A stretch of 53,326 nucleotides of DNA from an uncultured Selenomonadaceae bacterium (GTDB taxonomy: Bacteria > Bacillota > Negativicutes > Selenomonadales > Selenomonadaceae), in contig CAJOIA010000005.1 in the NCBI GenBank assembly GCA_905234505.1, forward strand, positions 1 through 53,326, in the 5' to 3' direction. A program made the translations under genes and the position numbers. Every line of letters starts with the position of its first letter. Position 1 is the first letter of the stretch. Below, in pieces: positions 1 through 8,882 of this stretch. Below the pieces are notes generated by a model. It was given only the letters and a program-made list of their open reading frames with translations, was not told the DNA's origin and made no database searches.

Positions 1-578
1 TCAAAAATCTGTTGCGGATTTTCATTTTCAATAATCATTCGTACAAATCTAAGCGAATACATTGCGTCGTGAAGAGCTTGCACACTGTGAGCAGACTTAG
101 AAATTTTTTCTTTGAATAGCTTGTAATTTTCATAGAGCCGCGAATTTTGTTCTTCAGCGCTGAGGTTTTCGCCTTCCATCAATTTCGTAAAAATATTTAT
201 GTCGTATTCCGTCGGCTGCAATTTGAATTTGTATTTCGGATTTGGTATCGGATTTTTAAAAAAATTTACGCTTAGCGCGTGCTTTATATTTTCATCGTCA
301 GTAGAATCGTAAAGCGCCTTTGCCAATAAAATAAGGCTTGAAATTCTTTGCTGCCCGTCAACAATTATGCTTTCCTTGAACATACCGGTGGTTTTTTTTT
401 CTTGATATACGATAGCGCCGAGAAAATGAAGTTCTTCGTTACCGACAAGTTTTTCAATGTCCGCAAACAATTTTTCGCAATGAATTTTTTTCCAGTCATA
501 ATTTCGCTGATAAACCGGAATAATCAATGTGGTGTTGACAGGAAACATTTCAAGTAAATCTATCTGAGCTGCTTGCAT
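1..578 (-). CDS. DUF262 (GmrSD/DndB-like) domain protein, N-terminal part; 3' end lies beyond the window
   Basis: Absent from the ORF track because the window edge truncates it. Reverse-strand ATG at 576-578 is preceded by aaaGGAGcaaattaa. The translation MQAAQIDLLEMFPVNTTLIIPVYQRNYDWKK...IIVDGQQRISSLILL carries the IPxYQRxYxW and DGQQR signatures of DUF262. Confidence 0.7.
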   Translation of the reverse strand, partial: MQAAQIDLLEMFPVNTTLIIPVYQRNYDWKKIHCEKLFADIEKLVGNEELHFLGAIVYQEKKTTGMFKESIIVDGQQRISSLILLAKALYDSTDDENIKHALSVNFFKNPIPNPKYKFKLQPTEYDINIFTKLMEGENLSAEEQNSRLYENYKLFKEKISKSAHSVQALHDAMYSLRFVRMIIENENPQQIF

Positions 579-607
579 TTAATTTGCTCCTTTCCAAAAA
601 TTTGATT

Positions 608-636
608 CAATTATCACGCGACGACGATTTTGTCAA
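608..636 (-). promoter_or_regulatory. sigma70-like promoter for the DUF262 gene
   Basis: Reverse strand reads TTGACA-N14-TGaTAATTG (-35 at 631-636, extended -10 at 608-616), about 30 nt upstream of the ATG. Confidence 0.4.
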
Positions 637-662
637 ATAAAAAAAGCGGCTTCCTTGCCGCC
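636..662 (-). terminator. Intrinsic terminator after eamA
   Basis: Reverse strand reads ggcggcAAGGAAgccgc followed by TTTTTTTATTT, immediately 3' of the eamA stop at 671. Confidence 0.6.
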
Positions 663-670
663 ACAAAACT

Positions 671-1504
671 TTATGAGTGTTGAACTAAAAATATTCCAGA
701 TAAAACCATGAGCATTCCGATTAACATTGAGAGGGTAAGCGGCTCACCTAAACAAATGACGCCGCCCAAAACTCCAACGACCGGTACGCCCAAAACCGAA
801 ATTGAGGCTTTGCTGGCTTCCATATTTCGCAAAATGTATACCCACAAGAAAAACGCAAACGCTGACGCTAAAATACCGTTGTAGAGCAAACACGCAATAG
901 CCGTTGGCGTCCAATCAGCGCGCACTTCGCCGAAAGTTGCCGCATAAATCACCAGCAAAATCGCGCCAACTACCATCTGCCACGTCGTTAAAGCTATCGG
1001 GTTGCACTGTGCGAGTTTCGCTTTCATTAAAATATTTCCGAGCGCCCAGAAAATTGCTGCCGATAACGCTATGAGCATTGCTGAAAAATTGCCGCTTATT
1101 TCGACGTTCATTAAAACGCCAATACCGATTATTCCCAATGCCACGCCAAATATTTTTTTCTTGGTAAGTTTTTCGTTCAAGAAAAATGCGGCTAAAATCG
1201 TTACCCACATCGGCATTGTGTAATTTAAAACTGAGACTAAGCCCGCGTCCAAAAATTGAAAACAATATTGGACAATTGACGCGCCAATCGCTATTTGCAA
1301 TACGCCGGTTAATGCTATCCAGCCCCAAAATTTTTTAGGCGGCAAAGGTAATTTGGTTATAAAAGCTACTGCCAAAAGCACCGCCGCGCCCAATGAAAAT
1401 CTGTACGCAACGAAAATTTCCGGAGTGAAAAATTCGTTAGCTGTTTTCATTACGACAAAATTAAATCCCCAAATTAAGCAAAGGATTATTAACGCACGAA
1501 ACAT
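671..1504 (-). CDS. EamA/DMT-family transporter
   Basis: 277-aa polytopic membrane ORF with two EamA-like halves. Its ATG overlaps the metK stop (TAATG). Confidence 0.8.
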   Translation of the reverse strand: MFRALIILCLIWGFNFVVMKTANEFFTPEIFVAYRFSLGAAVLLAVAFITKLPLPPKKFWGWIALTGVLQIAIGASIVQYCFQFLDAGLVSVLNYTMPMWVTILAAFFLNEKLTKKKIFGVALGIIGIGVLMNVEISGNFSAMLIALSAAIFWALGNILMKAKLAQCNPIALTTWQMVVGAILLVIYAATFGEVRADWTPTAIACLLYNGILASAFAFFLWVYILRNMEASKASISVLGVPVVGVLGGVICLGEPLTLSMLIGMLMVLSGIFLVQHS

Positions 1505-2671
1505 TATTTTAATCCGGCTTGCTCGCGCAGGAATATTGCCTTGTCAATGCGTTCCCAACTGAAACCTGCATCTTCGCGCCCAAAATGCCCATACGCTGAA
1601 GTTTGTTTATAAATCGGGCGGCGTAAATCTAACATAGTAATTATACCTCTGGGGCGCAAATCAAAATTCTCATTAACAAGTTTGGCAATCAAAGCCTCGT
1701 CAACTTTATTAGTGCCGAAAGTGTCAATCTGAATGGAAACCGGACGCGCCACGCCAATAGCATAAGCAATTTGAATTTCGCATTTGTCAGCCAAGCCCGC
1801 CGCAACAATATTTCGCAACATAACGCGCCGCATAACTCGCGCTTCTGTCCACCTTAGTGGGATCTTTTCCGCTGAATGCGCCGCCGCCGTGTCTGCTAAC
1901 CCCACCATACGAATCCACAATAATTTTTCTGCCGGTTAAGCCGCTGTCGCCTTGCGGTCCGCCGATTACAAATTTGCCCGTCGGATTCACAAAATATTTC
2001 GTTTCAGGCGTCAATAAATTTTCCGGTACAACGCGCTTGACAACGTACTTGAGCATATCGGATTTAATCTGTTCAAGCGAAACGTCGGGGTTGTGCTGCG
2101 TGGAAATTACAATCGTATCAACCGCAACCGGCTTGCCGTCTTCATAAATAACGGTGACTTGAGTTTTGCCGTCTGGACGCAGATAATTTACTTCGCCGGT
2201 AGTCTTGCGAATCTCAGCCAATCTGTAAGCCAATTTGTGAGCAAGCGATATCGGCAACGGCATATATTCCGGCGTCTCATTGGTCGCGTAACCAAACATT
2301 AAACCTTGATCGCCCGCGCCAATTTCATTTTCGTCATCAAACGCATTGTTGACGCCCTGCGCGATATCAGGCGATTGTTCGTCAATGGAAATCAAAATGC
2401 CAACTGTATCAGCATCGAAACCATAAGCCGAATTTGTGTATCCAATTTCGCGCACAGCTTCACGAATAATTTTTGCAATGTCAACATAACAGCTGGTAGA
2501 AATTTCGCCAATAACATGAACTTGCCCCGTCGTAACAACCGTTTCGCAAGCAACGCGCCCAAGAGGATCTCGCTCTAAAATTGCGTCCAAAATACTATCT
2601 GAAATTCTGTCAGCAACTTTATCAGGATGCCCTTCAGTCACGGATTCAGAAGTAAATAATGTTCTCGCCAA
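1504..2671 (-). pseudogene. metK: S-adenosylmethionine synthetase, reading frame broken near 1808-1816
   Basis: ORF 1787..2704 carries [14 protein letters not shown]...[29 protein letters not shown] 1504..1920 continues in another frame with [24 protein letters not shown]...YGHFGR. The junction is gcgAAAtatt, where [10 protein letters not shown] is expected. Likely start is TTG at 2671 ([10 protein letters not shown]) after GGAG. Confidence 0.85.
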
Positions 2672-2687
2672 ATTTATCACACTCCAA

Positions 2688-2963
2688 TTATCTATTTTCT
2701 TCAAGCATATTTAACAATTCATCATAATCTTTTTTGAGTTGCAGGTACTCTTCAGCAATTTTCAACGCGGCGAATACAGCAATTCGACTGCCAACGAAAG
2801 TCCTTGTATTTTGAGAAATATCCCTCATCGTGGCATCAACTTTATTCACACACTGCCGCAAAGCTTCGGGGTCGTCAGTTCTGAGATTATAAACGTCGCC
2901 GAAAATTTCAACAGTAACACGTTGCCAATCGCTGGACTTTTTAACGTCCTTCAACTCACTCAC
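2688..2963 (-). CDS. zapA: Cell division protein ZapA
   Basis: 91-aa ORF downstream of pheT. It has ZapA-like sequence ([16 protein letters not shown]...[13 protein letters not shown]). Confidence 0.75.
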   Translation of the reverse strand: MSELKDVKKSSDWQRVTVEIFGDVYNLRTDDPEALRQCVNKVDATMRDISQNTRTFVGSRIAVFAALKIAEEYLQLKKDYDELLNMLEENR

Positions 2964-2964
2964 C

Positions 2965-5511
2965 TCAAGCCCTTAGCTCTGCATTAAATATTTTTCTCAC
3001 CGAGTTTAAAATATCCTTGAAAGCCGCGTCCGCTTCTTCGTCCTTGAGTGTACGCTCGCTGGATTGAAATTTAATCGTAAACGCCAAACTTTTTTTGTCA
3101 GCTGAAATTCTATCGCCGGTGTACACGTCAAAAAGCGTCACGCTCTTAAAATCATTCCCCGCGTATTTAGCAATGACTTTTTCAATTTCGCCCGCCGAAA
3201 CATCACGATCAACCAGAATTGCCAAATCGCGCGTTATCGCAGGATATTTCGGCAAATTCTCAAATGCAAATTTTTTCGCCGTGCATTTAATGAGCGTCTC
3301 AATATCCGCCTCGAAAATATAAATCTTCTTGCCGATACCAAAAGATTCAGCAACCGCCGGATGAACTTCACCAACCGTAGCCAAAATCTCGCGACCTTTT
3401 TTGAAAATTGCCGTCTTGCCAGGATGCAACGCATAATGCGCGCCCGCCTCGACCGTGTAATTCAAAATCGACAACTGCGCGAAAAGTTCTTCGACAATGC
3501 CCTTAGCGTCATAAAAATCAACTTCAGCCGAATTTTGCGACCAACCTTTAGGGTCGCGCCGCCCCATTATCAAGCCAGCTAATTTTAAAACTTCGCGCGG
3601 CTGTTCAGTTATCGGCAATGCTTTAGGGAAAAATACAGGCGCTATCTCGAAAAGTCTAACGTCTTCATTTTTGCGGCTCAAATTTCGCGCAGCATTTTCC
3701 AATATCGAACCAATTAAATTCGTACGGAGCAGCGGATTTTCATATGGATTCATAATCGGCACTGCGCGACGCAATTCACTATCAGCCGGAATTTGCAATT
3801 TGTCAAAAGTTTCAACGCTGGTAAACGCAAACGAAATTTCTTCATTCAAGCCGAGCGCCGCCAGGATATTTTTAATTTTATCGGTGAAATTCTGAGTTTT
3901 GGATTGCCGCCCTTGCTGACTGCCTTTAGGCAAAGTGGCGGGAATTTTATCGTAGCCATAAATGCGCGCAATTTCTTCAGATAAATCTTCCATAATGGTA
4001 ACGTCATTTCGCCAATCTGGAACGGTCGCCTCATATGCAATAAATTCTTTAACGCCGCTACTGTCAATCAACTTGTCAAAAGTCTTAGTAAGCCCCGCCT
4101 GCGCGATATTCTTAGCGATCTTGCCAAAATGTTTAGCCGCTGTTGAAATTCTGTCAATCGCCTGCTCTGCGTCCATTTGCGCGCCAATGTCGCTAATATC
4201 AAAGCCCAAACTTTTCAGCACGTCAATAATTTCTTTGTCGCTGTAATTCGTGCCGAGTCGGTCGTTGATCTGCTTCGTGGTGAATTGAACTTTAACAGCT
4301 GATTTAGGATTTGGATAAATATCAACAATGCCTTTGCAAACTTTGCACGCGCCCATTTCCTGCAAAAGTTGAGCTGCCCTATCCAGCGCAATGACAGTTG
4401 CCTTTTCATTGACGCCGCGCTCAAATCTGCCCGACGCTTCAGAATGTAAACCAACTGCGCGACTTGTCCTGCGAATCGACGCCGCATTGAACGCCGCCGC
4501 TTCCAATACAACCGTCTTGGTCTTTTCGGTAATTTCAGTTTCAAAGCCACCCATTACGCCAGCTAAGCCCGCAGCTTTTTCCGCGTCAGCTATCACCAGT
4601 TCATCGCCCTTAGCCAATCTGTTTGAATCGTCAAGCGTGTGAAGTTGTTCACCCACCACCGAGCGCCGCGCATTTAAAACTTTGCCGACAATTTCATCAT
4701 AATCATAAGCGTGCATTGGCTGCCCAAGCTCAATCATTACAAAATTTGTCACGTCAACCACATTGTTAATCGCTCGAATGCCCGCGCCTTCCAAACGTTT
4801 TTGCAGCCATTCAGGCGAAGGTCCAAGTTTAACATCTGTCAGCACTCGCGCAGAAAACCGACTGCATAAATCCGGCGCGTCAATTTTAATTTCAATCATA
4901 TCGGCTGCTTTTTTTCCCGCGTCTTCGGTAACTTTAATTTCCGGAAAGTGCGGAGTCTTATTCAGTAAAACCGCCGCCTCACGAATTAAACCAAATACGC
5001 TGAAACAATCGCCGCGATTCGCCGTCAATTCAAATTCTAAAATATCATCGTCAAGCCCAAGCACTTCAGCAGCCGGAACTCCAATCGGCGTATCGGCAGG
5101 CAAAATATAAATACCGCTGGAATCGCCTTCAATCTTCAATTCGTCTGCACTGCACAGCATACCATTTGAAACCACGCCGCGCAATTTTCCTTTGGCAATT
5201 TTCTTCCCGCAGGGTAAATTCGCGCCAACCATAGCCACCGGTACAATATCGCCCGCCTTGACATTTTGCGCGCCCGTCACAATCTGAATCAATTCACCCG
5301 CGCCCAAGTCCATTTGGCAGATAAACATATGATCAGAATCGGGATGCTTAACAATTTCTGAAACTTTGCCGGTTACAACTTTTTCAAGTCCAGCGCCCGC
5401 GTGTATGACATTTTCTACCGCAATTCCCGCCATTGTAAATTTTTCCGCCAGCTCGTCCGCCGTGCAATCTATTTCAATGAAGTCTTTCAACCATTTTGTT
5501 GATACTTGCAT
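2965..5511 (-). CDS. pheT: Phenylalanine--tRNA ligase beta subunit
   Basis: 848-aa ORF with the tRNA-binding N-domain, B3/4, B5 and the C-terminal FDX-ACB domain. It follows pheS. Confidence 0.95.
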   Translation of the reverse strand: MQVSTKWLKDFIEIDCTADELAEKFTMAGIAVENVIHAGAGLEKVVTGKVSEIVKHPDSDHMFICQMDLGAGELIQIVTGAQNVKAGDIVPVAMVGANLPCGKKIAKGKLRGVVSNGMLCSADELKIEGDSSGIYILPADTPIGVPAAEVLGLDDDILEFELTANRGDCFSVFGLIREAAVLLNKTPHFPEIKVTEDAGKKAADMIEIKIDAPDLCSRFSARVLTDVKLGPSPEWLQKRLEGAGIRAINNVVDVTNFVMIELGQPMHAYDYDEIVGKVLNARRSVVGEQLHTLDDSNRLAKGDELVIADAEKAAGLAGVMGGFETEITEKTKTVVLEAAAFNAASIRRTSRAVGLHSEASGRFERGVNEKATVIALDRAAQLLQEMGACKVCKGIVDIYPNPKSAVKVQFTTKQINDRLGTNYSDKEIIDVLKSLGFDISDIGAQMDAEQAIDRISTAAKHFGKIAKNIAQAGLTKTFDKLIDSSGVKEFIAYEATVPDWRNDVTIMEDLSEEIARIYGYDKIPATLPKGSQQGRQSKTQNFTDKIKNILAALGLNEEISFAFTSVETFDKLQIPADSELRRAVPIMNPYENPLLRTNLIGSILENAARNLSRKNEDVRLFEIAPVFFPKALPITEQPREVLKLAGLIMGRRDPKGWSQNSAEVDFYDAKGIVEELFAQLSILNYTVEAGAHYALHPGKTAIFKKGREILATVGEVHPAVAESFGIGKKIYIFEADIETLIKCTAKKFAFENLPKYPAITRDLAILVDRDVSAGEIEKVIAKYAGNDFKSVTLFDVYTGDRISADKKSLAFTIKFQSSERTLKDEEADAAFKDILNSVRKIFNAELRA

Positions 5512-5639
5512 TTATTACGCTCCTTCAAATTTAATCGACATTTTTATAAGTTTTTCTTTCAATGATACGTGCTATATCTGCATTAAATTTTTTTGATAAA
5601 GCCGTCTACCTGTCATAAAAATCACGCTTTTTTTGGCAA

Positions 5640-6668
5640 TTAAAATTGATTTAGGAATCGAACATCATTTTCAAAGAACAGCCGCAAATCATCAATGGCG
5701 TATTTAATCATTGTCAAACGTTCGACGCCCATTCCAAAAGCAAAGCCGCTAACCGCATTGCTATCGTAGCCGCTCATTTTCAAAACGTCGGGATGCACTT
5801 CGCCCGCTCCGAGAATTTCAAGCCAGCCGCTGCCGTGACAAACTTTGCAATCACCCTTGCCGTGACAAATCGGACAAGAAACATCAATTTCAGTGCTCGG
5901 TTCAGTGAACGGGAAAAAGCTTGGGCGCAATCTGATTTGAGTATTTTCGCCAAAAAATTGCTTGCAGAAAAAATCAAGCGTGCCCTTTAAATCGGCAAAA
6001 GTAATTCCCTTGTCGATAACAAGCCCTTCAATCTGCGTGAACATTGGCGCGTGGCTTGCGTCGTAATCGTCGCGGCGATAAACTCTGCCAGGCGCTATCA
6101 TACGAATTGGAGTATTGGGCGGATTTTTTTGCATAGTTCGAGCCTGTACCGGCGAAGTTTGCGTACGCAATAAAATTTCGTTGGTTATGTAAAATGAATC
6201 TTGAGTATCTCGCGCAGGGTGATCTTTGGGCAAATTGAGCGCCTCAAAATTAAAATAATCAGTTTCGACTTCCGGACCTTCCTCAACGCTGTAGCCCATT
6301 TGAATAAAAATTTCCTTGACGCGGTTTAAAGTCAAAGTGAGCGGGTGCAAATGCCCGCAATGAATTTTTCTGCCAGGAAGTGTCACGTCGATTTTTTCAG
6401 ACGCCAATTTATTTTGTAAATCTTTAGCTTTGAGTTCAGCATTTTTATCAGCGATTAACTGCTCGATTTGAGCGCGCGCTTCGTTAGCGATTTTGCCAAT
6501 TTTAGGACGCTCCTCCGCGCTGAGTTGGCTCATACCACGCAATAAACCGGTGAGATCGCCTTTTTTGCCCAAAATTTTAACGCGGACGTTGTCGAGTTCT
6601 TTTAAATCTGAAGCCGCGCTTATCATTGTTGCCGCTGATTCGCGCAGTTGTTGTATTTGTCGTTCCAT
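5640..6668 (-). CDS. pheS: Phenylalanine--tRNA ligase alpha subunit
   Basis: Class II aaRS motifs are present ([25 protein letters not shown]). The start is taken at [10 protein letters not shown] (ATG 6668), because the longer ORF would overlap the divergent promoter. Confidence 0.9.
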   Translation of the reverse strand: MERQIQQLRESAATMISAASDLKELDNVRVKILGKKGDLTGLLRGMSQLSAEERPKIGKIANEARAQIEQLIADKNAELKAKDLQNKLASEKIDVTLPGRKIHCGHLHPLTLTLNRVKEIFIQMGYSVEEGPEVETDYFNFEALNLPKDHPARDTQDSFYITNEILLRTQTSPVQARTMQKNPPNTPIRMIAPGRVYRRDDYDASHAPMFTQIEGLVIDKGITFADLKGTLDFFCKQFFGENTQIRLRPSFFPFTEPSTEIDVSCPICHGKGDCKVCHGSGWLEILGAGEVHPDVLKMSGYDSNAVSGFAFGMGVERLTMIKYAIDDLRLFFENDVRFLNQF

Positions 6669-6705
6669 TTTTGTAGCAAAATAATTTATCATAAGGCGGG
6701 CGATA

Positions 6706-6734
6706 TTGCAAGCCATTATTCGCAATGATATAAT
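6706..6734 (+). promoter_or_regulatory. sigma70 promoter of the U32 gene
   Basis: TTGCAA (6706-6711), 17-nt spacer ending in TGa, then TATAAT (6729-6734); 35 nt upstream of the ATG at 6769. Confidence 0.55.
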
Positions 6735-6768
6735 TTCAGCGAGATTTAATGATAGGAGAGTTTAATTT

Positions 6769-8694
6769 ATGGGATTAACTCGTGAGTCGGTTGAACTTTT
6801 AGCACCGGCGGGTACATTTGAAGCATTTAAGGCGGCAATTGACGCAGGCGCGGACGCAGTTTATTTGGGCGGGAAAAATTTCAATATGCGCGTCCACAGT
6901 AACAAATTTAATCTGGATAATGACGAATTGAAAGCCGCCGTGGAATATGCGCACGACAGGAACGTTAAACTGGACGTGACGATTAATAATTTAATGAGCG
7001 TTGAGGAAATCGAGCCGCTTGAAAAATATCTGCGTTTTTTGGATGAAATTAAAATTGACGCGGCGATTGTCCAAGATTTTGCAGTGATTCAGCTGATTAA
7101 AAAACTCGGATTGAGCATTCCAATTCACGCTTCAGTTATGATGAACATTAACAGTATACCAGCGGTTGAATTGCTGAAAAAATTTGGGATTAAGCGCGTG
7201 GTTGTCAGTCGAGAATTGAGTTTTGAAGCGGTGAAAAATCTGCGCGAGGCAACCGGCATTGAAACGGAATATTTTATACACGGCGATATGTGCGTGGCGG
7301 TTTCTGGGCAATGCATACATTCAGGTATAACATTTGGGCAGAGCGGTAATCGCGGGCGTTGTCTGAAACCGTGTCGCTGGGCGTATAAATTTATTGACGA
7401 AAAAACCGGCGCAATTTTAGACGATACCAGTTACAAATTGGCAATGGGCGATATGTGCCTGCTCAGGAATATTCCGGAATTGATTCAGAGCGGCATTTAT
7501 TCGTTTAAAATTGAAGGGCGAATGCGCCCGCCGGAATTTATTCACAGGATTGTATCGACATACAGGCAGGCGATTGACGCTTACATTGCCGACCCAACCG
7601 GCTATAGTCTTGACGAAAATTTGTGGCGAGATTTTTTCGATAAGCGCGTGCGGAAATTTACTACGCTCTGCGCATTTGCTCCGCCGACTAAGAAAGATAT
7701 TGGCTTGAGTGGGAAACGTGAGCCGCGATTTTTCAGTGAAGGCGTTATCGAAACGAAATTTGACGATGCGAGCGTGGCGAAAATTTTTGTCGGAGCTGAG
7801 CCAATAAAAAAGTCCTGCGCGAAACCTGATTTGACTGTTAGAGTTTCGACACTGGACGCGGCTAAATCTGCCATTGATAACGGCGCAGATTTGATTTATG
7901 TTGGCGGCGAAAGTTTTAAACCAAATAAGCCAATGACGCTGGCTGAATTGGAAACTGCCGCTGAAATTGCGCATAAATCGAACGTGAAAATTATTTTGAA
8001 TACGCCGCGCGTTACTCGCGACAGTTATTTGAATGAGCTTGCCGAACTTTTAATGCGGCTGAAAAAAATTGATGGCGTGATGGTTAGCAATTTGGGCTCG
8101 CTGAATGTTGCTAAAAAATTTTCCAATTTGCCGATTTACGCCGACAGTTCATTTAACTTATTCAATAATGTGGCGGCTGAATTTCTGCGCGAATTGGGAG
8201 TAGTGCGGGCGACGGCGTCGCTTGAGCTGAGTTTTGCGCAGGTTAAGAGCGTTGTTGAAAAATCTGCATTGCCGATAGAAATTATCATTCACGGGGCGAC
8301 TGAGTCAATGATTAGCGAGCATAACCTGGTTAAGTTCTATTATCCGAATTTCAATGAATTTGCGACGCCGGAAATTTTGAATGAGCATTTTGCATTGGTG
8401 GATAGCGCGGGCGAAGTTCATTCGATACGCCTTGACCAGTTTGATTACAGTCACATTTATTTTGCTAAAGATTTATGTATGTTGCCGTACTTGCAGAAAT
8501 TCGTGGGAGCGGCGGCACTTAGGATTGAGGCGCAGGATTATTCGCCAGAAGTTACCGCTTTTGTGACCAAAATTTATCGTGCAGGATTGGACGGCAAAGA
8601 TTTAACAGTGGATTTTGAAATGCTGAAAAAAAATACTCCGCGTGAATTGGGGAGCGGAGTTTACAAATTTGCTGAGAGTAAGAACTCGATCTAA
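6769..8694 (+). CDS. Long two-module U32-family protein (peptidase U32 / RlhA-TrhP-type Fe-S hydroxylase family)
   Basis: 641 aa. There are two U32-like modules (ELLAPAGTFEAFKAAIDAGADAVYLGG and VSTLDAAKSAIDNGADLIYVGG) and a Cys cluster (GDMCVAVSGQCIHSG...RGRCLKPCRW). Confidence 0.8.
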   Translation: MGLTRESVELLAPAGTFEAFKAAIDAGADAVYLGGKNFNMRVHSNKFNLDNDELKAAVEYAHDRNVKLDVTINNLMSVEEIEPLEKYLRFLDEIKIDAAIVQDFAVIQLIKKLGLSIPIHASVMMNINSIPAVELLKKFGIKRVVVSRELSFEAVKNLREATGIETEYFIHGDMCVAVSGQCIHSGITFGQSGNRGRCLKPCRWAYKFIDEKTGAILDDTSYKLAMGDMCLLRNIPELIQSGIYSFKIEGRMRPPEFIHRIVSTYRQAIDAYIADPTGYSLDENLWRDFFDKRVRKFTTLCAFAPPTKKDIGLSGKREPRFFSEGVIETKFDDASVAKIFVGAEPIKKSCAKPDLTVRVSTLDAAKSAIDNGADLIYVGGESFKPNKPMTLAELETAAEIAHKSNVKIILNTPRVTRDSYLNELAELLMRLKKIDGVMVSNLGSLNVAKKFSNLPIYADSSFNLFNNVAAEFLRELGVVRATASLELSFAQVKSVVEKSALPIEIIIHGATESMISEHNLVKFYYPNFNEFATPEILNEHFALVDSAGEVHSIRLDQFDYSHIYFAKDLCMLPYLQKFVGAAALRIEAQDYSPEVTAFVTKIYRAGLDGKDLTVDFEMLKKNTPRELGSGVYKFAESKNSI

Positions 8695-8710
8695 ATGACT
8701 TACGTAATTA

Positions 8711-8880
8711 AGAGGCGCGCAAGGACGCGCGCCGTCCGCGCCATTTTCAGGATTGAAAATTTGCGCGGCTGTATGTTATTTTTTAATCGCTCTTGTCTGA
8801 TCTCGCGGGAGCAATCCTACTTTCGTTTTTCTTTCTTTGCCTGGCGTTTCTTTATTTTTACAAAAAGAAAGAAATGCCGA
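8711..8880 (-). repeat. Mosaic structured intergenic repeat, copy A (element orientation is the minus strand)
   Basis: The reverse complement shares exact blocks with the copies at 15719-15879 and 22722-22896. These are tcggcatttctttctttttgtaaaaataaagaaacgcc, attgctcccgcgagatcagacaagag and cagccgcgcaaattttcaatcctgaaaatggcgcgga, plus a terminal GC hairpin. The element starts 3 nt after the fliG stop. Confidence 0.85.
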
Positions 8881-8882
8881 CA

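Noticed and set aside
348-557. 69-aa plus-strand ORF from the track
   Set aside because: It lies antisense inside the hand-read DUF262 CDS (1-578, minus strand), which has clear family motifs and an RBS. The plus-strand ORF has neither.
5512-6768. T-box leader upstream of pheS, and a SAM riboswitch upstream of metK (2672-2690)
   Set aside because: The pheS upstream region is only about 100 nt, is shared with a divergent promoter, and lacks specifier or T-box sequences. metK starts 16 nt after zapA with no leader.
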